Below, one piece after another: positions 10,759-20,348 of a stretch of 32,000 nt of DNA. The translations under genes and the position numbers were made by a program. The notes below the pieces were generated by a model, which ran no database searches, was not told where the DNA came from, and saw only the letters and a program-made list of their open reading frames with translations. The stretch lies in the NCBI RefSeq assembly GCF_000020225.1, contig NC_010655.1, positions 990,001 to 1,022,000 on the forward strand, given 5' to 3'. The stretch is from Akkermansia muciniphila ATCC BAA-835 (GTDB lineage: Bacteria; Verrucomicrobiota; Verrucomicrobiia; Verrucomicrobiales; Akkermansiaceae). How positions within the stretch are numbered: the stretch's first letter is position 1; each line of letters starts with the position of its first letter.

Positions 10759-12126
10759 TTACTTGGAAAGGATGCCTTCCCAGTAGGCGATGCGGCGGCG
10801 GGTGTTGTCGGAATTGGGAGCCCCCGGGTTGGTACGCTGGGCGAAGGCTTTTGTCAATTCAAATACGTCGCGCGCGTCTGTTCCATATGCATTTGAAATG
10901 GAGGCGAATTGTTCGTCGCTCAGCTTGTTGAGCGGCGTACCCGTGGAGATGCTCATGGCGACTGCCTTCCCGACCAGCTCATGGGCCTTCCGGAAGGGGA
11001 CCCCGCGGCGCACCAGATAATCCGCCAGGTCCGTGGCCAGCAGCATGGGGTCGGACGCCGCTTCCCTGGCCCTGGCCGTGTTCACCGTCATGGCGGCTAT
11101 CATTTCCGCATTGACGTCCAGGGCCAGTTTAACCGTATCAATGGAATCGAACAGGGGTTCCTTGTCTTCCTGGAGGTCGCGGTTGTAAGTCAGGGGAAGC
11201 CCTTTGACAGCCACCATAACGGCGGTGAGGTTACCGTACAGCCGCCCCGTTTTTCCGCGTGTGAGTTCCGCGACGTCCGGATTTTTTTTCTGGGGCATCA
11301 GGGATGAACCTGTCGTATGGGCGTCGGACAAGGAAGCGAAGCCGAATTCCGCCGTGCACCACAGGATGACGTCCTCGCTCATGCGGGAGAGATGGGCTCC
11401 GACCACGGCCAGGTCAAAAAGGATTTCCATGATGTAATCCCGGTCGGCAATCGCATCCATGGAGTTTTCTGTAACTGCGTCAAAACCCAGTTCCACGGCA
11501 ATTCCGTGGCGGTCCAGGCAGATGGTGGAACCGGCGATGGCTCCGGAACCGAGCGGGGAGACGTTCAGGCGCCTGCGGCAGTCCTTGAGGCGGTCCGCAT
11601 CCCGGTCCAGCATTTCCACGTAAGCCAGCAGGTGATGGCCCATGGTGACGGGCTGGGCGCGCTGCAGGTGAGTATAGCCCGGCATCATGGCATCCGCGTA
11701 TTCCTTCGCCTTCATGACCAGCGCGCGCTGCAGATGGCGCACTTTTCCCAGAATTTCATCGATTTCCGCCCGGCAGTAAAGCCGCGTGTCCGTAGCTACC
11801 TGGTCATTGCGGGAGCGTGCGGTATGCAGCTTGGCGCCCGGAGCGCCGATGCGCCGGGTGAGTTCGCTTTCAATGTTCATGTGCACGTCCTCCAGTTCCC
11901 GGCTCCACGAGAAGTTGCCTGCTTCAATGTCTTTCAGGATGTCTTTCAGGCCGGATTCAATGGCGTTGAATTCTTCCTGCGAAAGCAGGCCAGCCTTGAG
12001 CTGGGCCCGCGCATGGGCGATGGATCCGGCAATGTCCTGGCGGAAAAGCCTCCAGTCGTAGGAGACGGATTCGCCGTAGCGTTGAACCAGATCAGCGGTG
12101 GGTTTAGAAAATCTGCCTTTCCACAT
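10759..12126 (-). CDS. argH: Argininosuccinate lyase
   Basis: MWKGRFSKPTADLVQRYGESVSYD N-terminus and the fumarate-lyase signature GSSLMPQKKNPD. I place the start at the ATG giving MWKGRF (12126) or MWVMWKGRF (12135). The 500-aa track ORF has a non-homologous leader. Confidence 0.95.
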   Translation of the reverse strand: MWKGRFSKPTADLVQRYGESVSYDWRLFRQDIAGSIAHARAQLKAGLLSQEEFNAIESGLKDILKDIEAGNFSWSRELEDVHMNIESELTRRIGAPGAKLHTARSRNDQVATDTRLYCRAEIDEILGKVRHLQRALVMKAKEYADAMMPGYTHLQRAQPVTMGHHLLAYVEMLDRDADRLKDCRRRLNVSPLGSGAIAGSTICLDRHGIAVELGFDAVTENSMDAIADRDYIMEILFDLAVVGAHLSRMSEDVILWCTAEFGFASLSDAHTTGSSLMPQKKNPDVAELTRGKTGRLYGNLTAVMVAVKGLPLTYNRDLQEDKEPLFDSIDTVKLALDVNAEMIAAMTVNTARAREAASDPMLLATDLADYLVRRGVPFRKAHELVGKAVAMSISTGTPLNKLSDEQFASISNAYGTDARDVFELTKAFAQRTNPGAPNSDNTRRRIAYWEGILSK

Positions 12127-12317
12127 GACCCACATGTTGTGCCCCAGGAGCTTCCGTTTTGAAAGCCTGAAATGGGTAATGGAGGCAGATTCCGCGGAAC
12201 TGGGAAAAATCCGCATGCCTGGAAAACCGGAGTGGAGCCGGAAAAGAGAGAAACGGAGCATGGCTGTCTTTTCCCTGTGGCGGACGGGGGCGGATATGTT
12301 ATTACGATGCCGTGCGT

Positions 12318-13007
12318 ATGGATGATGAAATGCCTCTGAAACGGGAAGATTTGCGGAAACGCGCGGAGGAAAAGGCGGCGGAACTGGCTGCAGAGGGGAT
12401 GGAACTGCGCCCCATAACGGTTTCCGGGCGTACCCTGGCGAAAAGGTTCTGGGGGAAGGAATGGATGAAGAGCCTGTCTGCGTGCGAGGTGTACGGGATG
12501 CGGCTGGCCCCCGGCCGGACCTACCTGCGCTATGGCTGTGTTCTGGACCTTAAAACGGTTCCCGGCCGCATCGATGCTCTGGTGATGGGTGAACATTTGT
12601 ATGAGGTTTGCATCCAGGTCTCCCCCCCGGATGAAGAGGCGCTTGCCCGGCTGCGCGCACGATGCGCCGGGCAGATTGGTTCCTGGATTGATCTGCTGAA
12701 AGGGAATTTGTCTCCCGAGCTGCTGGAAATCCTGTGCGCTCCGGAAGGCGGCCTGTTTCCCGCGCCGGAAGAGTGGCGTTTTTCCTGTTCCTGTCCGGAT
12801 TGGGCGGATTTGTGCAAGCATGCGGCCGCAGTCCTGTACGCTTTCGGCGTGATGCTGGATAAGCAGCCGGAGTTGTTGTTCACCCTGCGCGGAATGGATT
12901 CCTCCGTTTTGATTCCGAAAGCTCCGGAACCCGTTCCCGGAGGAGAAGACGCACTGGATGTGGATTCCAGTTCCCTTTCGGATATATTCGGCATCAGCCT
13001 GGATTGA
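12318..13007 (+). CDS. Stand-alone SWIM zinc-finger domain protein
   Basis: CxCxnCxH motif FSCSCPDWADLCKHAAAVLY. The track ORF begins at GTG 12312 and the first ATG is at 12318. Confidence 0.8.
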   Translation: MDDEMPLKREDLRKRAEEKAAELAAEGMELRPITVSGRTLAKRFWGKEWMKSLSACEVYGMRLAPGRTYLRYGCVLDLKTVPGRIDALVMGEHLYEVCIQVSPPDEEALARLRARCAGQIGSWIDLLKGNLSPELLEILCAPEGGLFPAPEEWRFSCSCPDWADLCKHAAAVLYAFGVMLDKQPELLFTLRGMDSSVLIPKAPEPVPGGEDALDVDSSSLSDIFGISLD

Positions 13008-14558
13008 TTATTGCCGCCGTGATTGTGGCTTTGTTCCGGTTTTGAATAGCCAGGAGGGAAGGGGATGGCCGTCCTTTTTCATGAACTGGCGGCGGATGAG
13101 AGCGTCCGGGCAGTCAGGCGTGCCGTTGGCCGTCTGCCAATGTTTCCGCATGATGCTCGCCCGGGTGGAGAATGTTCCCGCTTTTTCCATGATGCATTGC
13201 AGGTTCGGGAGGGCGGAAAAAACGAGATAAAGAACCAGGAGGGTCCGGTATTTCACGCCTCCCCGGCGGAGGGCCCGGAGAAAGAGCAGGGAAAGGAAGG
13301 GATAGAGGACGGCCGGAGCTTTAAAGAGAAGTTCATTGTTCATGATGCCCGTGCGGAAAAAGAGACTGCCTGCCATCATGCCCAGCGTGATGTAGTACAA
13401 CGGGTTTTTCCGGCATTTTGGGAAGAGGAGCGCCCCCGGCAGCAGGATCCCCAGGGCCAGGGCCAGCAGGAAGCTGGCGTATTTGGCGGAACCGGGATGG
13501 AGCAGAAGCCGCTGCTGCCCGTAATGGTAGATTTCCGCATATTTTGCGTCAAACAGGCAGGAAAATTGCCCTCCTCCGTCCAAATGGGAATAAAAGACGG
13601 CCATGACGGCCGTGCACAGGGCCGCGAGCCAGAAAACCGGCTGGCCCAGAAGGGAACGGAGACGGGAAAGAGGTTTCCGTGCCGACGAGCGGCGGAACAG
13701 GGTTTCATACGCCATATACGGAAGGAGCAGAAGGGCGCCCAGCGGGGAGGACGGCAGCAGAAGCGTTCCCGCGAGATAATACCCGGAGGGAGGCAGGGAG
13801 CGCGTCAGGACGAATACGGCGCACAATAGCGCCGGAACGGCGTGATTGAATGTGTTGAAGAGTTGGACGGGCATGCCGATAAACAGGACCATCTGGGCAT
13901 TGTATTCCGCAAACAGGGAGGAGAGGGGAATTCCCAGGCAGTCCGGCACCGCTGCCGGAGAGCCGAGGCAGAGGAGGATCAGCGCCCAGCGGGCCGTCTT
14001 CCGGATTCCCCAGCGGACGGTTGCCGCCAGCAGCGCCAGTTCCAGCCCAAGAAAGGTCCACAGGGCCAGCAGCCAGGGAGCCCATGATTCCGGGCAGAAA
14101 GAAGCCGCCAGCGCCGGAGGCAGCCAATGGCCCAGGTAGTAGATGAAATGATGTCCGTCCTCCGTGACGAGGGGCCAGGAATTTGCTGCAAGATGTTCGT
14201 AAACGGCATTGCGGATAATAAAATCCGCGTGTTGCTGGCAGTGGCCCGTGAATCCGCACAACAGCACCAGCATCAGGCAGAAGAAGGAGAGGAGGCCCAG
14301 CACGGCCAATCCGCGCCCGCTTAACGGAAACCTTTGTGCCGGAAGATGCCGAGCGCAGGCGTACAGCCCGCATGCCAGTGCGGCGCAAAGCGGTACGGAA
14401 AAAGCCGGATGCACCCATCCCAGCAGAAAAAGGAGGAGGGGTAGCGCCAGGTACAACAACCCCGCGCATAGCGGAAGGCGTGCGGGAAGGAAGAAGCGGG
14501 CAGGCATGACGCAGAGCGGAAAACTTATCGGCAGGGGAGGACTCCGAAGGGCCAGCAT
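13008..14558 (-). CDS. Polytopic inner-membrane protein of unknown family (paralog of 26268..27731), possibly a GT-C-like glycosyltransferase
   Basis: >10 hydrophobic segments. It shares blocks with the paralog, e.g. QQHADFIIRNAVYEHLAANSWPLVTEDGHHFIYYLGHWLPPALAA. The start is ambiguous: ATG at 14558 (MLALRS) or 14507 (MPARFF, which aligns with the paralog N-terminus). The GTG at 14618 lies inside the eno terminator hairpin. Confidence 0.8.
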   Translation of the reverse strand: MLALRSPPLPISFPLCVMPARFFLPARLPLCAGLLYLALPLLLFLLGWVHPAFSVPLCAALACGLYACARHLPAQRFPLSGRGLAVLGLLSFFCLMLVLLCGFTGHCQQHADFIIRNAVYEHLAANSWPLVTEDGHHFIYYLGHWLPPALAASFCPESWAPWLLALWTFLGLELALLAATVRWGIRKTARWALILLCLGSPAAVPDCLGIPLSSLFAEYNAQMVLFIGMPVQLFNTFNHAVPALLCAVFVLTRSLPPSGYYLAGTLLLPSSPLGALLLLPYMAYETLFRRSSARKPLSRLRSLLGQPVFWLAALCTAVMAVFYSHLDGGGQFSCLFDAKYAEIYHYGQQRLLLHPGSAKYASFLLALALGILLPGALLFPKCRKNPLYYITLGMMAGSLFFRTGIMNNELLFKAPAVLYPFLSLLFLRALRRGGVKYRTLLVLYLVFSALPNLQCIMEKAGTFSTRASIMRKHWQTANGTPDCPDALIRRQFMKKDGHPLPSWLFKTGTKPQSRRQ

Positions 14559-14604
14559 GGCATATTTTGTTTCAAAGAAAAGGATGCAGTTGCCTCCGGA
14601 GATG

Positions 14605-14637
14605 AAAAATCCCCGCACCGCCTCGCGGCGGCCGGGG
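14605..14637 (-). terminator. Intrinsic terminator of eno
   Basis: Read on the minus strand: ccccg-g-ccgcc gcga ggcgg-tg-cgggg followed by attttt. It begins ~35 nt after the eno stop. Confidence 0.65.
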
Positions 14638-14672
14638 TTTGGCGTTGCTTGATACCAGTTCCAGCAAAAAGG

Positions 14673-16020
<1,348 letters not shown>

Positions 16021-16116
16021 ACAAGGTTTGTGTATCCCGTATCCGGAGCGGATGCAAGCTTTTTCTCCGGGAGAAAGACCGGAGTTCAATCAGTACGGAA
16101 ACCCCTTGGCGGCGGT

Positions 16117-16950
16117 TCAGTTGCGGTAATGTTCCTTCAGCCACGTTATTTCTTCGCCGTGCCCGGCGTCGTCCCTGGGCGTTTCCAGGAAAAAGGGCAA
16201 TTCCCGCAGAACGGGATGGTTGATGATGTTGATGAAGGCCTGTTCTCCCAGGGAACCCTTGCCGATGGTTTCATGGCGGTCCTTGAAGGAGGAAAAGGGT
16301 GTCATGCTGTCATTCAGATGGATGGCGCGCAGGCGTTCCAGACCCAGCACGGCATCAAAATGTTCCAGTACGGAATCCAGCCTGTTGACGATATCATATC
16401 CGGCGGAATAGACATGGCAGGTATCCAGGCATACGCCAAGTTTGTCCTTCAGGTCCACCCGCTCCATGATGGCGGCCAGTTCTTCAAAGGTCCGGCCGAC
16501 TTCGCTTCCCTTGCCGGACATGGTTTCCAGCAAAACAATGGTCTTTTGTTCCGGCGAAAGCACGTCGTTTAATTGATCCGCCACCAGTTCAATGCCTTTT
16601 TCCACTCCCTGCCCTACGTGGCAGCCGGGATGGAAGTTATAAAGATTCCCCGGCAGATGTTCCATGAGTTCCAGATCCTCTTTCAGTACCTGGGCCGCAA
16701 AACGGGCGACACTGGGGTCTGCGGAACAGGGGTTCAACGTGTAGGGGGCGTGTGCCAGCAGCGTGCCGAATCCGTTATTTCGCGCTAATTCCAGAAAACG
16801 GGCAATATCCTGTTCGTCAATAGCTTTGGCTTTGCTCCCCCGCGGATTGCGGGTAAAGAACTGAAAAGTATTGGCGCCGATGGAGAGGGCAACCCGGCCC
16901 ATGGCTTCATAGCCTTTTGCGGAGGAGAGGTGGCATCCGATGTATGGCAT
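16117..16950 (-). CDS. nfo: Deoxyribonuclease IV (endonuclease IV, AP endonuclease)
   Basis: [14 protein letters not shown]...[13 protein letters not shown]...[12 protein letters not shown]...[10 protein letters not shown] are Nfo/xylose-isomerase-like TIM barrel motifs. Confidence 0.95.
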   Translation of the reverse strand: MPYIGCHLSSAKGYEAMGRVALSIGANTFQFFTRNPRGSKAKAIDEQDIARFLELARNNGFGTLLAHAPYTLNPCSADPSVARFAAQVLKEDLELMEHLPGNLYNFHPGCHVGQGVEKGIELVADQLNDVLSPEQKTIVLLETMSGKGSEVGRTFEELAAIMERVDLKDKLGVCLDTCHVYSAGYDIVNRLDSVLEHFDAVLGLERLRAIHLNDSMTPFSSFKDRHETIGKGSLGEQAFINIINHPVLRELPFFLETPRDDAGHGEEITWLKEHYRN

Positions 16951-17088
16951 GGCGGTAAGTTCGGAATGGAAAGGAAGTTTATCAATGCCGCAGAGAGGAA
17001 GAGAGACTAAAAGGCCTGCATGACTTGATCGGAAAGAATAAGACCGCCAGGAACGTACGAGGAGTTAAAACGATAGTGATTGTTGGTA

Positions 17089-19203
17089 ATGAATTTAAAC
17101 CAGTTGATTAAGGCGGCCGTATTGGGAGGGGCCCTGTGCACGGCCTGTTTTGCAGGAGCCGGGCCGAAGGGCTGTTTAACGCCGTTAAAGCCTGTTCCTT
17201 CCGCGGAGCAGCTTGAATGGCATGACATGGAGATGTATGCCTTTGTCCATTTTACGATTAATACCTTTACTGGAAAAGAGTGGGGCTATGGAGACGAAAA
17301 GCCGGAGCTGTTTCATCCTTCCGATTTCGATGCGGATGATCTTGTCAGGACGCTGGCGGACGCCGGGTTCAAAGGGGTGGTGCTGACCTGCAAGCATCAT
17401 GACGGTTTTTGCCTGTGGCCCACAAAGACGACCCTCCATAGTGTAGCGGCTTCTCCGTGGAAGCAGGGGAAGGGCGATGTGGTGAAGGAGGTGTCCCGCG
17501 CGTGCGGAAAGTATGGCGTCAGGTTCGGTGTTTATCTGTCTCCGTGGGACCGCAATGCCGCCTCTTACGGAACGCCGGATTATATCCGGATGTACCGTCA
17601 GCAGTTGAAAGAGCTGGCGACGGGATACGGTTCCATTTTCCTGGCTTGGTTTGACGGAGCGAACGGAGGGGATGGGTATTACGGAGGAGCGCGGGAAAGG
17701 CGTTCTATCGACCGGAGCGCGTATTACGACTGGAAGGCAACTTGGGGTGAGTTGAAGAAACGGCAGCCCGGAGCCGTCATCTTTTCCGACGTAGGGCCGG
17801 ATGTCCGCTGGGTAGGCAATGAAAGCGGCTATGCGGGTTATCCCTGCTGGGCCACATACACCCCCGTTCCGCTGCAAGCCGGGACGGAACCCGCGCCCGG
17901 CACCGTGCGCTACCGGCTGGGCACGGAAGGCACCATGGACGGCAAGTACTGGATTCCTGCGGAGGTGGATGTTTCCATTCGTCCGGGCTGGTTCTGGCAT
18001 GAGCATGAAAATTCCCGCGTCCGGACGCCGGAAAATCTGCTGAAGTTGTATTTTGACAGCGTAGGCAGAGGGGCCAATTTGAATTTGAATGTGCCGCCGG
18101 ACCGCCGCGGCCGCATTCATGAAGAGGATAAAAAGTCTCTGGCGGGCTTCCGTGTGCTGCTGGATGAGTTGTATTCCCGCAACTTCGCCTCCGGTGCACA
18201 GGCTGAGTCCTCCTCTTCTTGGAAGGGGCACGGTGCGGAACAGGTTCTGGACCGGAAACGGACGACGTACTGGGTGGCCGCTCCGGAAGATAAGCATCCC
18301 TGCGTGGTATTGAAATTGCCGGAGCCCGCGGCGTTTGACGTCATCCGGCTGGCAGAGCCCATCCAACTGGGGCAGAGGGTGCGCAAATTCCGTGTGGAGG
18401 TGCGTGAGAACGGCCAGTGGAGCAAGTGGACGGAGGGGGCCAGCATAGGGGCCAGAGTTCTTCTGAAAGGAAGGCCCGTGACGGCGGATGGAGTGCGCGT
18501 GGTGCTGGAACAATCCCGGGCCGTTCCGGCCCTGTGCGAGGTTTCTTTATGGAAGTATCCCGTCATCCTGAATGCTCCGGCGGTGAATTATGACCGCAAT
18601 GGACGGGTGACCCTGGCTTCCGCGGAGAACGTAGTGATCAGGTACACCACGGATGGAACGGAACCCGGTCCGCAGTCCGCCATGTACAGGAATCCTTTCT
18701 TTCTCCCTGCCGGGGGGACGGTGAAAGCGGCGGCCGAATATCGCGGCAGAAAATCTTCCGTAACCACTCAGATTATTCCTGTCCCCACGCGGGACTGGAA
18801 AGTGGTGGCCGGGGAAAGAAGCGCCGCCGCTCCGGAACTGGCTATTGACGGAGATTCTTCCACCCTCTGGCATACGCATGCCGCCCAGGGAGAGCTGGCG
18901 CCTCCGCAGGCGCTGGAGATCGACATGGGGCGTCCGGTTAACGTTGCCGCCGTTATCTATACGCCGCGCAGGGATTCCTCAACGGGAACGGTTGACCGCT
19001 ATGCCGTCTATTTGAGCATGGATGGGAACACATGGGGGGCTCCCGCTGCGGAGGGGGAGTTCTCTAATATCCGCGCCAATCCCGTTCCGCAGCGGATTGA
19101 CCTGAAAGCGCCTGTCAAAGCACGTTATCTGCGTTTTGTAGGCAAGCGGGTGGTGGAAGGCAGCCATGTTGCCGTTGCCGAGCTGGGCGTATTGGGAAAA
19201 TAA
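17089..19203 (+). CDS. Secreted GH29 alpha-L-fucosidase with two C-terminal F5/8 type C (discoidin/CBM32-like) modules
   Basis: Signal peptide MNLNQLIKAAVLGGALCTACFAGA. GH29 blocks include CKHHDGFCLWPT and YLSPWD. The C-terminal modules are TTYWVAAPEDKHPCVVLKLPEPAAFDVIRLAEP... and STLWHTHAAQGELAPPQALEIDMGRPVNVAAVIYTPRRD. The track ORF starts at TTG 17080 and the first ATG is at 17089. Confidence 0.93.
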   Translation: MNLNQLIKAAVLGGALCTACFAGAGPKGCLTPLKPVPSAEQLEWHDMEMYAFVHFTINTFTGKEWGYGDEKPELFHPSDFDADDLVRTLADAGFKGVVLTCKHHDGFCLWPTKTTLHSVAASPWKQGKGDVVKEVSRACGKYGVRFGVYLSPWDRNAASYGTPDYIRMYRQQLKELATGYGSIFLAWFDGANGGDGYYGGARERRSIDRSAYYDWKATWGELKKRQPGAVIFSDVGPDVRWVGNESGYAGYPCWATYTPVPLQAGTEPAPGTVRYRLGTEGTMDGKYWIPAEVDVSIRPGWFWHEHENSRVRTPENLLKLYFDSVGRGANLNLNVPPDRRGRIHEEDKKSLAGFRVLLDELYSRNFASGAQAESSSSWKGHGAEQVLDRKRTTYWVAAPEDKHPCVVLKLPEPAAFDVIRLAEPIQLGQRVRKFRVEVRENGQWSKWTEGASIGARVLLKGRPVTADGVRVVLEQSRAVPALCEVSLWKYPVILNAPAVNYDRNGRVTLASAENVVIRYTTDGTEPGPQSAMYRNPFFLPAGGTVKAAAEYRGRKSSVTTQIIPVPTRDWKVVAGERSAAAPELAIDGDSSTLWHTHAAQGELAPPQALEIDMGRPVNVAAVIYTPRRDSSTGTVDRYAVYLSMDGNTWGAPAAEGEFSNIRANPVPQRIDLKAPVKARYLRFVGKRVVEGSHVAVAELGVLGK

Positions 19204-19271
19204 GCGGTTTCCTTTTTTTATTATCGTAGTCCTCCGGCGTTTTCTTGACGGATGGAGGGAAGAGGGGCAAG

Positions 19272-20336
19272 ATGGCACGCATGGAACAAGTCAGTCTCAT
19301 GGAGTTGGGCAAGCTGGCCGCGGAAGGCCAGCTTGAAGCGGAAGTTTTTGCCCAGATTGCCCAGTGCGCGCAGAAGATGACCAAGGGCAACAAGCCGTAT
19401 CTGGATGTGTCTTTTGCCGATGCGGAAGGGACAATGGGACTGAAGGTGTGGGAGGATAAACCCTGGTTCCGGACGCTCGCTTCCCTGCCCCTCCGCAGTT
19501 TCGTGAGCCTGCGCGGCCAATGGGCCAAGGGAGGGTTCGGCATGGAAGTTTCCGATCTGGACGTGCGGTTGCTGGACGAACGGGAAAAGGAAAGCTTTCT
19601 GGCCGGTTCCGGAACCTTGAAGAAAAAGCAGGAAGCTGATCTGAAGGAAATTTGCGTACTCATCAAGGGCATGAATGATCCGCGCATACGCGCCCTGTGC
19701 ATTGAATTCATTGAGCAGTTCGGGGAACGCCTCCAGCGCGCCGCCGCCGCCCGCACCTACCATCACGCCCGCCGTGGCGGACTGGTGGAGCACGTAGCGG
19801 GGATGATGCGCACGGCCTCTGCCGTCTGCCAGGCAAATCCGGGCCTGAACCGTGATCTTCTGCTGGCCGGGTGTCTGTTTCACGACTGCGGGAAGTTGTG
19901 GGAAAATTGCTACCCGAAGGAGGATTTTACGATGCCCTATTCGGAGGCCGGAGAACTGCTGGGCCATATTCCGCTGGGCATTGAACTGGTCAACAATTTG
20001 TGGAAGCGCATCATGTCCCTTCCGGAAGCGGATTCCTGGAAGACGCTGGACCCTCCTTCCCCGGACGTGCGCATGCACCTGCTGCACCTGATTGCGTCCC
20101 ACCACGGGGAACTTGCCTTCGGCTCCCCCGTGTTTCCCAAAACGCCGGAAGCGGTGGCCCTGCATTACATCGACAATCTGGACGCCAAGCTGGAAATGTT
20201 CCGCGGAGCTTATGAGACAAGCGAGGCCCTGGCTCCCAGAGTGCTCCAGCGCAAGGCCCCCCTGCCTGCCAACGTTGTTCTTCCGCTGCCTTCCGTCCTC
20301 CCGCTGGAGCCGGATGGTGCGGATGCCATGCCGTAA
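19272..20336 (+). CDS. YhaM-like OB-fold + HD-domain 3'-5' exonuclease / metal-dependent phosphohydrolase
   Basis: N-terminal OB-like region (KPYLDVSFADAEGTMGLKVWEDK...). HD domain with TYHHARRGGLVEHVAGMM and LFHDCGKLWE. The ATG at 19272 is preceded by ggagggaagagggg, and the track ORF starts at TTG 19245. Confidence 0.85.
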   Translation: MARMEQVSLMELGKLAAEGQLEAEVFAQIAQCAQKMTKGNKPYLDVSFADAEGTMGLKVWEDKPWFRTLASLPLRSFVSLRGQWAKGGFGMEVSDLDVRLLDEREKESFLAGSGTLKKKQEADLKEICVLIKGMNDPRIRALCIEFIEQFGERLQRAAAARTYHHARRGGLVEHVAGMMRTASAVCQANPGLNRDLLLAGCLFHDCGKLWENCYPKEDFTMPYSEAGELLGHIPLGIELVNNLWKRIMSLPEADSWKTLDPPSPDVRMHLLHLIASHHGELAFGSPVFPKTPEAVALHYIDNLDAKLEMFRGAYETSEALAPRVLQRKAPLPANVVLPLPSVLPLEPDGADAMP

Positions 20337-20348
20337 GGTTCACCCTGC

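Noticed and set aside
12127-12261. A 45-codon N-terminal extension of argH in the track ORF (MLRFSLFRLHSGFPG...).
   Set aside because: Argininosuccinate lyases begin at the conserved MWGGRF-type motif, seen here as MWKGRF at 12126. The extension has no homology logic and would consume the divergent promoter region shared with the SWIM gene.
14559-14618. GTG start at 14618 for the 536-aa membrane protein.
   Set aside because: The GTG lies inside the stem of the eno intrinsic terminator (14605-14637). The downstream ATGs at 14558 or 14507 are more plausible, and the latter aligns with the paralog N-terminus MPA...
17185-20165. 442-aa (17185-18513) and 314-aa (19221-20165) minus-strand ORFs, plus several smaller ones.
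   Set aside because: They are antisense to the GH29 fucosidase and the YhaM-like gene, show no recognisable motifs, and are Arg/Pro/Gly-rich.
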